Source: Minisyncoccota bacterium
Lineage (GTDB): Bacteria; Patescibacteriota; Minisyncoccia; Phycocordibacterales; UBA9973
DNA: 55,929 nucleotides
Assembly: GCA_018061035.1 (NCBI GenBank)
Contig: JAGOUX010000004.1
Location: 1-55,929 of the forward strand
Direction: 5' to 3'
A model generated the notes under the pieces. It ran no database searches, was not told the DNA's origin, and saw only the letters and a program-made list of their open reading frames with translations. The translations under genes and the position numbers were made by a program. Below are positions 18,533 to 27,785 of the stretch, in pieces. Each line of letters begins with the position of its first letter. Within the stretch, counting starts at the first letter, position 1.

Positions 18533-20192
18533 AAACTGCCAAAATTGCAAACAGGACTTTGAGATCACAAGCAGTGATAAGTCTTACTATCAAAAAATAG
18601 GAGTTTTAATCCCAAAGATTTGCCCAGATTGTCGAGCGCAGTTAAGACTTTCTTTTCGGAATGAAAGATTTCTGTATAAGCGGAAGTGTGATAATTGCCA
18701 GAAGGACACAATCTCTGTATACAGTCCAAATAAAACTTTTCCGGCTTGGTGTCACGATTGTTGGTGGAGTGATGACTTGAATGGTCAAAGCTTCGGAGTT
18801 GAGTATGATTTCAATAAACCGTTTTTCGACCAACTAAACGATTTATTTAAAAAGGTTCCTAAACCAGCAATTATTGGTAGTAATAATGTTAATTCTAACT
18901 ATGTAAATCTAGTAGCAGATAGTAAAAACTGTTATATGATTGTAGAAAGTTCCAATAATGAAAATTGCATTAATTGCTATTGGATACAGCTATCAAAGGA
19001 TCTAGTTGATTGCTCCTTCACCAACAAAGTCGAGCTATCATATGACGTTGATGACTGCTATGATTCAAGTAATTTAAAATTTTCGAAGGGTTGTTATAGT
19101 TGTCTCGATGGTTCATTTTTAATAGATTGCCGTGGTTGCACGAATTGTGTGGGGTGTATTAATTTACGTCAGCAAAGTTACTGTATTTTCAATAAGCAGT
19201 ATTCCAAGGAAGAATATTTTGAAAAACTTAAGTCATATAGGCTGGATACTCATTCTGGGATAGAAGCATTCAAGAAGGACTTCTCTCAGTTTACCAAAGA
19301 CAAACCTAGAAAGTTTGCAGAAATAACCAATGGGGTAAACTCAACAGGGAACTATATGACCAATGTTAAGAATAATAAGCAATGCTTCCACTCATACGAG
19401 GCAGAGGATAATTCATATTGTGTTCATGCTTGGCGTGGAGCAAAGGATTGTATGGACTCAAGTACTGTAGGAAGAGGAGCCGAACTCATATACAACAGTA
19501 TAAATATGGGTATGCAGGTGTCTAATGTAATTGCTGGCTATCATTGCTGGGGTTCTCAGTTTATGGAGTATTGTCTCAATTGTCCTAATTCAAATAATTG
19601 TTTTGGCTGCGTAGGTTTGAAGAAAAGTTCCTACTGTATTTTCAATAAACAATATACAAAGGAAGACTATTTTATATTGAAGGATAAGATAATTAGTGCA
19701 ATGAAGGAGTCTGGGATATATGGAGATTTCTTTCCGAAAAATATGTCGCCTCTCGGATATAATGAATCCTCTGCTCTAGATGAATTTCCATTAACGAAAG
19801 AGCAGGCAAGGGCTGATGGTTTCGCTTGGGAAGATATGGAAAGGGGAATATACGGCAAGGAAAATATTGACTGGAATACATTTCCTGACTCGACAAGGGA
19901 GCTGCCCGAAGACTTCAATGTTCATGAGTCGGTCTTTTGTTGCTTAAGCTGTAGTAAGAATTATCGGATCATTGATGATGAGTTTACCTTTTATAAAAGA
20001 ATGGAATTACCATTTCCTCGTACTTGTCCTGAGTGCCGGCACGTTGCTCGCTTTGTAGCCCGAGGACCAAATAAGCTGTGGCATCGTAACTGCATGAACG
20101 AAGGCTGTCAAAACGAATTTGAGACATCATACTCTCCAGAGAGGACTGAGATTGTTTATTGTGAAAGTTGTTACAACAAAGAAATCTACTAA
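18522..20192 (+). CDS. Cys-rich zinc-ribbon-capped protein, paralogue 2
   Basis: The start overlaps the ABC gene by 11 nt. Architecture matches paralogue 1. Confidence 0.8.
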   Translation: METKNCQNCKQDFEITSSDKSYYQKIGVLIPKICPDCRAQLRLSFRNERFLYKRKCDNCQKDTISVYSPNKTFPAWCHDCWWSDDLNGQSFGVEYDFNKPFFDQLNDLFKKVPKPAIIGSNNVNSNYVNLVADSKNCYMIVESSNNENCINCYWIQLSKDLVDCSFTNKVELSYDVDDCYDSSNLKFSKGCYSCLDGSFLIDCRGCTNCVGCINLRQQSYCIFNKQYSKEEYFEKLKSYRLDTHSGIEAFKKDFSQFTKDKPRKFAEITNGVNSTGNYMTNVKNNKQCFHSYEAEDNSYCVHAWRGAKDCMDSSTVGRGAELIYNSINMGMQVSNVIAGYHCWGSQFMEYCLNCPNSNNCFGCVGLKKSSYCIFNKQYTKEDYFILKDKIISAMKESGIYGDFFPKNMSPLGYNESSALDEFPLTKEQARADGFAWEDMERGIYGKENIDWNTFPDSTRELPEDFNVHESVFCCLSCSKNYRIIDDEFTFYKRMELPFPRTCPECRHVARFVARGPNKLWHRNCMNEGCQNEFETSYSPERTEIVYCESCYNKEIY

Positions 20193-21922
20193 TGGAAACA
20201 AAAAACTGCCAAAATTGTAAGAAAGATTTTGAGATTACACAGGATGACTTTTCTTTCTACGAGAGGATTAGTGTACCGCCGCCTACATTTTGTCCGCATT
20301 GCCGAAGCCAGCGCAGGATGGTTTGGAGGAATGAATATAAATTATTCAAGAAAAAGGACGCCCATACTGGTAAGGAGATATTTTCTCAATACCATTCGGA
20401 CTCACCGCTACAAATATATTCAAATGAATTTTGGATGAGTGATGGTTGGGATCCAATGGATTATGGTAGAGATTACGATTTTTCGAAGTCGTTCTTTCCT
20501 CAGTTTCGGGATTTACTTTACGCTGTTCCAGCAAAAGCTCGTAGTTTGAGCAATGAGATCAACTCAGAATATTGCAATAATGCTGACGATCTAAAAAATT
20601 GCTACCTCTGTTTTAATGCCATCATGTTACAGGATTGTGCATATACTATCCAGGTTGCACGCCTTCGTAATTGTTTTGATCTTACATGCTCTACAAGCTC
20701 TGAGAATTGTTATGATTCAATCAACATTACTGATAGTAGTTTAGTGCAGTCTTCTATTGATTGTGCCATGGGCCTTGATCTATTTTTTTGTGCAGATTGC
20801 CGTAACTGTAGTAATTGCGTGGGCTGTGTCGGTCTTCGGAGCAAGAGCTACTGTATTTTCAATGTCCAATATTCCAAGGAGGAATACCAGGAAAAATTTG
20901 CAAGCCTCAACCTTGATTCGCATCTCGGTCGGCAAGCTGTAAAGGCCAAGATGCTAGAGATATATTTTGCAAAACCACACAAATACATGCACACCATGAA
21001 AAGTGTTGATTCCTCGGGTGATTATATTTTTGGTTCTAAGAATACAAAGCAATCATGGGTCACGATGAAAGCTGAGAATGTAAAATATGCACAAGATACT
21101 AGATACACCAAAGATGCCTACGATACTCTGGTATCCTGGAAAGCAGAGGATGCTTATGAGGGCGCATGTATTGGCTTGGGTTCATCCACAATCAGGTTCG
21201 TATTCCAAAGCTTCCCAGGGATTTTTGATGTCAGCTATTCTGCATTTTGTTCAGATTGTTCACATTGCTTTGGTTGTGTAGGTTTACGATACAAAGAATA
21301 TTGTATTTTCAACAAGCAATACACCAAGGAGGAATACAATGCTTTGGTGCCAAAAATAATCGAGCAGATGAAGACTGTGGAGTATATCAACCCGCAAGGG
21401 CATCGTTATGCATACGGAGAATTTTTTCCACCGGAGTTTTCGCCACTAGCTTACAATGACACGATCGCAAGCGACCACTACCCACTAACTGAAGAGGAGA
21501 TAAAATCAGGAGGCTTTATAACTAGGCAAGGTAGCACTCGGGATTATGCACCCACACTCAGATCAGATGATATACCAGATAAGATTGAAAATGTTTCTGA
21601 ATCAATATTGAACCAGATAATTGAATGCGAGGATAAAGGTGTTTGTGTGCACGATTGCACCAAGGCTTTCCGCATTACTGCAGAAGAATTGGCATTTTAT
21701 AAGAAGATGAATATACCTCCGCCGCACAAGTGCCCTAATTGCCGCCTTAAAGCACGACTAGTATTTAGAGGGGGATTGCATTACTTCACGCGTGAGTGCA
21801 TGTGCGATAAAGCTGGCCACGACCACACCGATAAGTGTCAAAACAAATTCGAAACGAGCTACCACCCAGATGGGCTCGAGATTGTTTATTGTGAAAGTTG
21901 CTACAACAAAGAAGTATATTAA
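20192..21922 (+). CDS. Cys-rich zinc-ribbon-capped protein, paralogue 3 (second N-terminal knuckle degenerate)
   Basis: The ATG at 20192 shares one base with the TAA of paralogue 2. METKNCQNCKKDFEIT closely matches the paralogue 2 N-terminus. Confidence 0.8.
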   Translation: METKNCQNCKKDFEITQDDFSFYERISVPPPTFCPHCRSQRRMVWRNEYKLFKKKDAHTGKEIFSQYHSDSPLQIYSNEFWMSDGWDPMDYGRDYDFSKSFFPQFRDLLYAVPAKARSLSNEINSEYCNNADDLKNCYLCFNAIMLQDCAYTIQVARLRNCFDLTCSTSSENCYDSINITDSSLVQSSIDCAMGLDLFFCADCRNCSNCVGCVGLRSKSYCIFNVQYSKEEYQEKFASLNLDSHLGRQAVKAKMLEIYFAKPHKYMHTMKSVDSSGDYIFGSKNTKQSWVTMKAENVKYAQDTRYTKDAYDTLVSWKAEDAYEGACIGLGSSTIRFVFQSFPGIFDVSYSAFCSDCSHCFGCVGLRYKEYCIFNKQYTKEEYNALVPKIIEQMKTVEYINPQGHRYAYGEFFPPEFSPLAYNDTIASDHYPLTEEEIKSGGFITRQGSTRDYAPTLRSDDIPDKIENVSESILNQIIECEDKGVCVHDCTKAFRITAEELAFYKKMNIPPPHKCPNCRLKARLVFRGGLHYFTRECMCDKAGHDHTDKCQNKFETSYHPDGLEIVYCESCYNKEVY

Positions 21923-21930
21923 TCACTAGA

Positions 21931-21958
21931 CACATCAGCGTACTAGTATGCTGATGTG
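21931..21958. other. 28-bp near-palindrome/hairpin after Cys-rich paralogue 3
   Basis: CACATCAGC-GTACTAGTAT-GCTGATGTG. The core AGCGTACTAGTATG resembles AGCATACTAGTATG at 47709-47722. Confidence 0.6.
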
Positions 21959-22025
21959 GGGAATGGCAAATAGGTGTGAGAGGGGTAGGTTTGGACTTTG
22001 TGTTGCTGTGATATATAATTTCCCT

Positions 22026-23033
22026 ATGTCATTAGAAAATCAGATAGGTAATAGAGATAATATTCCCGCAAAAACGACCATTGAGCAGATGGCATCTGCA
22101 AATACTTATGAGCAGTTGCTAGATTGTTGGGCTGGTTTAGTTGGGACTTTAGACAAAGATCTAGTAGAAAACTGGGGAACTTTAGAATTTAACATTAAAA
22201 ACTTATATAGCACTTTTTCCAAACCCCCGTTTGCCTGTGATGGTATTGCCAAAAATATTTTTGAGAATGAAGATTTATTAAGTAAGGCAGCTGAAATGAA
22301 AATTCCGAAAGAGTTCCTTTTGCAGACAGTCAGAGTAGGTGCTGTAAAAGATTTGCAATCTAGGATCGAGAAGAGCTCCAAGGAGCCAGTGCGGCTTTAT
22401 CCTGATGGTACTGTGTCGCGTGTGTTTCGCGAAGAGGTTGAGTTGGGAAAATTGGAGAACCAAGATGAAGAGATAAAAAGGTTGCGCAATCTTTTGTCAA
22501 AAGTAATGGATACACCCAACATGGATGGTTTTACTTGGGCAAATAATGAAATTAAGGAAATTTCTGACACAAAAAGGAAAGAGCAAGCTGGTGCTGTCGA
22601 GGAAAGAAATATTCAAAATGAGAAGTCAAAGGAGGATGCAATTCGTAATATTGGAGAACAGATGCATACACCAGAATATCATTTATCAAAGGCGCAAGCA
22701 GATCTTTTAAGAGAGGATTTCGCTAATAAATTACACCTATGGAAGGGAATTTTAGAAAATTCTGAATCAGGTGAGTTGAGGGCATATTTAGACTCTTTTT
22801 TGGAAAAAGATGAAGACACAGAATTAACACCAGAGTTTTTTGAGAATTTCAAAAGATTTTATCAAGCATATTTAGATTCACACCCCAATATTTCAGGCAG
22901 GTCTACTTTGCCTTTGGAAATAATTGATCCAAGCTCTGGCTGGTTTTCAGCAGTTTTAATAAACAAACAAACAAATTTAAGAAATTTCGTAACCTCTATA
23001 TACGGAAATATGGGGCAGTGGTTTCAGTTATAA
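22026..23033 (+). CDS. hypothetical protein (acidic/Lys-rich)
   Basis: ATG 22026 lies 6 nt after TATAAT (22014-22019), which fits the leaderless pattern. No family recognised. Confidence 0.5.
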   Translation: MSLENQIGNRDNIPAKTTIEQMASANTYEQLLDCWAGLVGTLDKDLVENWGTLEFNIKNLYSTFSKPPFACDGIAKNIFENEDLLSKAAEMKIPKEFLLQTVRVGAVKDLQSRIEKSSKEPVRLYPDGTVSRVFREEVELGKLENQDEEIKRLRNLLSKVMDTPNMDGFTWANNEIKEISDTKRKEQAGAVEERNIQNEKSKEDAIRNIGEQMHTPEYHLSKAQADLLREDFANKLHLWKGILENSESGELRAYLDSFLEKDEDTELTPEFFENFKRFYQAYLDSHPNISGRSTLPLEIIDPSSGWFSAVLINKQTNLRNFVTSIYGNMGQWFQL

Positions 23034-23139
23034 TTATTTCCCAAAAGTTTCGAATAACACTTTCCTAGTTTCGTCGTCTATTGATTCGGTGACTAGGAAC
23101 ATCACCCGAACGAAAGATTACTTCGTACGGGGCAAGTTG

Positions 23140-23670
23140 CTACTTATTGAAACTTTGAAGGAATATATCCTTCGAAATCTCGTCCACATTATCTGTGGTT
23201 ATTATTATCATCTCTGTGGTGAGGCCGAGGTCTTTTTTGATGTTGGTGAAGAGGTGCTCGAAAGGGAACGGTGAGATCCATGCAGAATTCTTGAGGCAGA
23301 CGAAGCCTGCTTTTTTGAGAAGGTAGCGGAGGCTTTCGCGCTCGGCTTTACGAGCTTCCGGTAGGTCGAGGAGGATGATTCTCCATAGGCCGTCCCAGGA
23401 GGTGTTGACCATGGCTGTGTCGCTATCTAGGGCTAGGCTGTGGACCTTCTTTTTGCCTTCTTTGGTCAGGCGGGCGTATTGATTTTGAGGGGAGGCCACT
23501 TGCTCTATCAGACCAGCATCCCGAAGGCCTTTTAATGAGCGTGTAATGGCGTACTTGGGGTTCTTTTGGTCAGAATGAGTATTGACCTTATCAGCCAATT
23601 CAGGCAGGGAAATGGCCTGTTTTTGGCCCAGTACGCGTAATATTTTTTTTGAATAATCGTTGTTTTTCAT
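23140..23670 (-). CDS. winged-helix regulator with PaaX-C-like domain (tentative)
   Basis: N-terminal wHTH-like segment (ISLPELADKV...ITRSLKGLRDAGLIE). C-terminal WDGLWRIILLDLPE..R..LRYLLKKAGF..L..SAWISP resembles the PaaX family. Confidence 0.45.
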   Translation of the reverse strand: MKNNDYSKKILRVLGQKQAISLPELADKVNTHSDQKNPKYAITRSLKGLRDAGLIEQVASPQNQYARLTKEGKKKVHSLALDSDTAMVNTSWDGLWRIILLDLPEARKAERESLRYLLKKAGFVCLKNSAWISPFPFEHLFTNIKKDLGLTTEMIIITTDNVDEISKDIFLQSFNK

Positions 23671-23683
23671 CGTTCTTACTTGG

Positions 23684-23733
23684 TCCCGTTAGAGATAGAG
23701 GGTCGCTTCGAGCCCTCGTGATCTCTAACGGGA
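23684..23733. other. long hairpin/inverted repeat between the PaaX-like gene and dnaK
   Basis: TCCCGTTAGAGAT (23684-96) pairs with ATCTCTAACGGGA (23721-33). An inner GAGGG..CCCTC stem is also present. Confidence 0.7.
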
Positions 23734-23761
23734 TTGACACATCTACATATTATCGTATATA
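23734..23761 (+). promoter_or_regulatory. canonical promoter about 250 nt upstream of dnaK
   Basis: TTGACA (23734-39), 16 nt, TATATA. Confidence 0.45.
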
Positions 23762-23881
23762 TTGTCTTTTGACAAGTATTCCGCGACCACGAAATACTTG
23801 CGAAAAATAAAAGGTTCGTATATAATATCCATAAATCAGATCTTTTTGAAAAACACACAGTAATTTTCTGTTGAAAATTCT

Positions 23882-23917
23882 GCTCGGACTCCGGCTCGTC
23901 AGCCTCCGTAAGGTTTT
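23882..23917 (+). repeat. 36-nt conserved intergenic element, copy 2 (upstream of dnaK)
   Basis: GCTCGGACTCCGGCTCGTCAGCCTCCGTAAGGTTTT. Confidence 0.8.
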
Positions 23918-24007
23918 TCCAAAAGACTAATTTATTAAATTATTAATAACAAAATTGCGTCGGCCTTTTAATGGAACTTAGTCCGACGTGATTTAGCAAA
24001 ATCACAT

Positions 24008-25903
24008 ATGTCAAAAATCATAGGTATAGACTTGGGTACAACAAATTCTGCCGTCGCTGTCATCGAAGGTGGACAACCAAAAATTATAGAAAATATCGAA
24101 GGTGCGCGTACTACTCCGAGTATCGTATCTGTCGCTAAAAATGGAGATCGATTAGTCGGCCTCCTCGCAAAGCGTCAGGCTGTGACCAACCCAGAAAATA
24201 CTGTGTACGGTATCAAGCGCTTCATGGGCCACAACTTTGAAGATCCAGAAGTTCAGAAGGACCTCAAAAACGCGTCTTTCAAAATCCAGAAATCTGCAAA
24301 CGGCGGAGTGGAAGTAAAGATTGGCGACAAGTGGATGCGCCCAGAAGAAATCTCTGCGATGATCTTGGGTAAGATCAAGGCTGATGTGGAAGCAAAGCTC
24401 GGAGAGAAAATCACCGAAGCAGTCATCACTGTGCCTGCATACTTCAACGATGCACAGCGTAAAGCTACCAAGGATGCCGGCGCTATTGCAGGCCTTGATG
24501 TAAAAAGAATAATCAACGAGCCTACAGCTGCAGCTCTAGCGTACGGATTTAACAAAAAGAAAAATGAGAAGATTGTAGTGTACGACTTTGGAGGCGGTAC
24601 TTTCGATGTATCAGTTCTTGAAATAGGTGACGATGTTATTGAAGTAAAGTCTACAGATGGCGACAGCCACCTTGGAGGCCGCGATATAGACCACAAGATC
24701 ATTGCTTGGATCGCCGAAGAATTCAAAAAGATTTCTGGTGTAGATGTCCGCAACGACAAGCTCGCTCTTCAACGTCTAGATGAAGCTGCAGAAAAAGCAA
24801 AGATTGAACTTTCTACTTCAGTTGAAACAGAAATAAATATTCCATTCATCACTTCTACTGCAGAGGGTCCTCAACACCTTCTCCTCAAGATGAACCGCGC
24901 TCAGCTCGAAGGTATTGCAGACGAATATATTGCAAGGTCTATCGAGATCACCAAGCGCGCTATGGTTGCTTCCGGATTCAAGATGGAAGATATGAATGAG
25001 ATCATCATGGTGGGAGGTCAGACCAGAATGCCAAAGATCGTGGAAGAAGTGAAGAAAGTATTCGGCAAGACTCCAAACCTTTCTATCAATCCAGACGAAG
25101 TGGTAGCCCTCGGTGCTGCGGTGCAGGCCGGAGTGCTCCAGGGAGATGTGCGTGATGTGCTCCTTCTCGACGTCATCCCATTATCTCTCGGTATCGAGAC
25201 TTTGGGTGGCGTAGCTACCAAGCTCGTAGAGAGAAACACCACTATCCCTTCAAACAAATCCCAAGTGTTCTCAACTGCTGCGGACAATCAGACCAGTGTG
25301 GAAATTCACATCGTGCAGGGTGAGCGCCCAATGGCGAGCGACAACAAATCTCTCGGAAGATTTATCCTCGACGGCGTACCACCAGCACCTCGCGGAGTTC
25401 CGCAAGTCGAAGTGTCTTTCGATGTAGATGCCAACGGTATTCTAAATGTCACTGCCAAGGAAAAGAGCTCTGGTAAGACTCAGTCTATCCGCATCGAAGC
25501 AAGCTCTGGCCTCAAGGAAGAAGATATCAAGAAGATGCAGGCAGATGCAGAAGTTCATGCAGAAGAAGACAAGAAGAAGAAAGAAGTAGTAGATATGAAG
25601 AACAATGCCGAGATGATTCTCTACACCGCCGAAAAAGCTTTGAAAGACGGAGGTGACAAAGTCCCTGCAGATGTGAAGACCAATGTGGAAGCAAAGATCA
25701 CAGCTCTCAAGGGCGTGAAAGATGGCACCGATGGCGACGCGATCAAGAAGGCGACAGAAGAGCTATCTTCTGAAATGTCCAAGATTGGTGAGGCTATGAG
25801 CAAAGCCGCGCCAGCGGGCGAAGCCCCAGGCGCGGCACCAGAAGGTGCAGCCGAAGCGGAAGTAAAAGAAAAACCAGCCGAAGGCGAAGAACCAAAGGCT
25901 TAA
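24008..25903 (+). CDS. dnaK: molecular chaperone DnaK (Hsp70)
   Basis: [20 protein letters not shown], and full-length Hsp70. Confidence 0.97.
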   Translation: MSKIIGIDLGTTNSAVAVIEGGQPKIIENIEGARTTPSIVSVAKNGDRLVGLLAKRQAVTNPENTVYGIKRFMGHNFEDPEVQKDLKNASFKIQKSANGGVEVKIGDKWMRPEEISAMILGKIKADVEAKLGEKITEAVITVPAYFNDAQRKATKDAGAIAGLDVKRIINEPTAAALAYGFNKKKNEKIVVYDFGGGTFDVSVLEIGDDVIEVKSTDGDSHLGGRDIDHKIIAWIAEEFKKISGVDVRNDKLALQRLDEAAEKAKIELSTSVETEINIPFITSTAEGPQHLLLKMNRAQLEGIADEYIARSIEITKRAMVASGFKMEDMNEIIMVGGQTRMPKIVEEVKKVFGKTPNLSINPDEVVALGAAVQAGVLQGDVRDVLLLDVIPLSLGIETLGGVATKLVERNTTIPSNKSQVFSTAADNQTSVEIHIVQGERPMASDNKSLGRFILDGVPPAPRGVPQVEVSFDVDANGILNVTAKEKSSGKTQSIRIEASSGLKEEDIKKMQADAEVHAEEDKKKKEVVDMKNNAEMILYTAEKALKDGGDKVPADVKTNVEAKITALKGVKDGTDGDAIKKATEELSSEMSKIGEAMSKAAPAGEAPGAAPEGAAEAEVKEKPAEGEEPKA

Positions 25904-25917
25904 ATTTATTCACAAAA

Positions 25918-25939
25918 AGCCCCTATTAAGGGGCTTTTT
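25918..25939 (+). terminator. rho-independent terminator after dnaK
   Basis: AGCCCC-TATTAA-GGGGCT plus TTTT. Confidence 0.8.
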
Positions 25940-25962
25940 GGTGTATAATAAAAAATAATTCT

Positions 25963-26997
25963 ATGAAAACTGCATTAAAATATTCAAAAAATGATATTGA
26001 TAAAGCTGGTAATGTCCTGGCAGGTATTCCTGATCAGAAAATAAATCAGGATCTGGCAATTGAAATACTAGAAAATTTTAGATCAATACACATCCACCCT
26101 CTTATAGTTTTTAGAATGTCTCTTGAGAGAAAAACAAAAATAGTTTCTAAAAATGTTTTGATTTCCCAGAGACTAAAAAGAGCTCCATCTATAGTAAACA
26201 AATTAAAGATTCAAAAAAATATGTCGTTGTCTCAGATGCAAGACATAGGTGGACTAAGAGCCGTAATGAATGACTTAAATGAAATGTATGAACTTAGGGA
26301 TCTAATACGCTCTGGAGAGAAGCAAACAGCTTTTAAGTCTACTTTTATTAGAGAGACAGACTATGTAAAATCTCCAAAAGAAAGTGGATACAGGAGCATA
26401 CATTTAGTTTATAAATATGATAAGAATGTTCCAATAAATAGCCAATGTAGAATTGAAATTCAACTCAGGACTAAGATTCATCACGCATGGGCTACAGCAG
26501 TAGAAGTAATTGGGACATATCTTAGACAACCATTGAAACAGAGTTTTGGTGATAAAGAATTATTAGATCTTTTTAAAGAAATTAGTAAAGTTTTTATTTT
26601 ACTAGAAAGTGGAGCTTTCGATCCTGTTTTATTTAAAAAAACATCTGCAAGAATAGAAGAATTGAAATTAAGAGAAAAATTAAAAGGTTTTACTGTTGCT
26701 ACTCAATCCGCACAAAGTAATACAAAAGAGAAGGGAAAGTACTTCCTGATTTCTTTAAACTTCAAAGATAGATTGTTGTCTTTGAGACGATTTGGAGAAT
26801 CTAAATTGGACCAAGCGAACAATGAATACTCAGAGTTGGAAAAGAAATATTTGAACGATAAAAATACTGAAGTTGTTTTAGTTTCAGTAGACGATATTAA
26901 TAATCTCAGTAAGCTATACCCAAACTACTTCCTAGATACGGAGGAATTTGTAAAGCTGTTAGACCTGATTGATACAAAAATTAAAGAAAATAAATAG
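25963..26997 (+). CDS. RelA/SpoT-domain nucleotide pyrophosphokinase (small alarmone synthetase-like) with about 140-aa C-terminal extension
   Basis: Synthetase-fold motifs: SQRLKRAPSIVNKL, MQDIGGLRAV, GYRSIHLVYKY, IEIQLRTKIHHAWATAVE. Confidence 0.75.
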   Translation: MKTALKYSKNDIDKAGNVLAGIPDQKINQDLAIEILENFRSIHIHPLIVFRMSLERKTKIVSKNVLISQRLKRAPSIVNKLKIQKNMSLSQMQDIGGLRAVMNDLNEMYELRDLIRSGEKQTAFKSTFIRETDYVKSPKESGYRSIHLVYKYDKNVPINSQCRIEIQLRTKIHHAWATAVEVIGTYLRQPLKQSFGDKELLDLFKEISKVFILLESGAFDPVLFKKTSARIEELKLREKLKGFTVATQSAQSNTKEKGKYFLISLNFKDRLLSLRRFGESKLDQANNEYSELEKKYLNDKNTEVVLVSVDDINNLSKLYPNYFLDTEEFVKLLDLIDTKIKENK

Positions 26998-27019
26998 TGT
27001 TTACTAAAAAATGAAGTAA

Positions 27020-27496
27020 TTAAATTTCCTTAAGTAAATCCTCAAGATCAAGAGGCTCTGTGACCATTTCTACTAGGCCATCGTTTGAGACTTTCCATGT
27101 TGACCTTGGGCGGTCGACGTAGAGCTCTACGCCTATGCCGTCTGGATCGTTTAGATAAATTGCTTCGGATACTCCGTGGTCGGCTGTTCCGGTGATCGGA
27201 TAGTTTGCTTCCATGAGGCGCTTTAGTATGAGCGCGAGTTCGCGGCGGGTTGGGAAGAGGATTGCGTGGTGGTAGATGCCGGTGTGGCCAGCTGGTGGCG
27301 GCGTTGCGCCTTTGCCTGCCCAAGTGTTGAGCCCGATGTGGTGATGATAGCCTCCGGCAGAGAGGAAGACGGCGGATGCGCCGTAGCGGGCGGTGACTTC
27401 AAATCCGAGAATGTCGCGGTAAAAAGCGAGCGAGCGATCAAGATCGCCGACTGTCAGGTGCACATGTCCTATCTGTACGTCTTTATGTATTGGCAT
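27020..27496 (-). CDS. VOC family protein (glyoxalase/extradiol dioxygenase fold), G+C-rich
   Basis: IGHVHLTVGDLDRSLAFYRDILGFEV...HHIGLNTW. ATG 27496 lies 2 nt after the stop of the upstream gene. Confidence 0.8.
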   Translation of the reverse strand: MPIHKDVQIGHVHLTVGDLDRSLAFYRDILGFEVTARYGASAVFLSAGGYHHHIGLNTWAGKGATPPPAGHTGIYHHAILFPTRRELALILKRLMEANYPITGTADHGVSEAIYLNDPDGIGVELYVDRPRSTWKVSNDGLVEMVTEPLDLEDLLKEI

Positions 27497-27498
27497 AT

Positions 27499-27738
27499 TT
27501 ATATTTTCTTTAGGAATTCGGTTCTGAGAACTAGACCTTTCATGCCTTCTGCATTGCATTCTACCAATTCCTCGTCACCTGTGAGGCGGATGTTTTTGAT
27601 TTTAGTTCCTTGTTTTAGGGTGCTAGAAGTCCCTTTGACTTTAAGATCTTTGATGATGATGACGCTGTCACCACTAGCGAGTATATTGCCATGTGCATCC
27701 TTGGTTATCACTTCTTCTTCCGTATCTTCATTTTCCAT
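27499..27738 (-). CDS. PhnA/YjdM C-terminal-domain protein
   Basis: GDSVIIIKDLKVKGTSSTLKQGTKIKNIRL...LRTEFLKKI matches the YjdM C-terminal domain. The N-terminal Zn ribbon is absent. Confidence 0.8.
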   Translation of the reverse strand: MENEDTEEEVITKDAHGNILASGDSVIIIKDLKVKGTSSTLKQGTKIKNIRLTGDEELVECNAEGMKGLVLRTEFLKKI

Positions 27739-27744
27739 AGCACT

Positions 27745-27753
27745 ATTCTACCA
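27745..27753 (-). promoter_or_regulatory. extended -10 box, leaderless-type (yjdM-like/VOC operon)
   Basis: On the minus strand: TGGTAGAAT, 6 nt, ATG 27738. Confidence 0.55.
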
Positions 27754-27785
27754 CAGCTCCATTTTTTTAATCACCCATCCTACTT

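Noticed and set aside
24253-25803. Antisense ORFs inside dnaK.
   Set aside because: They are shadow ORFs of a highly conserved gene.
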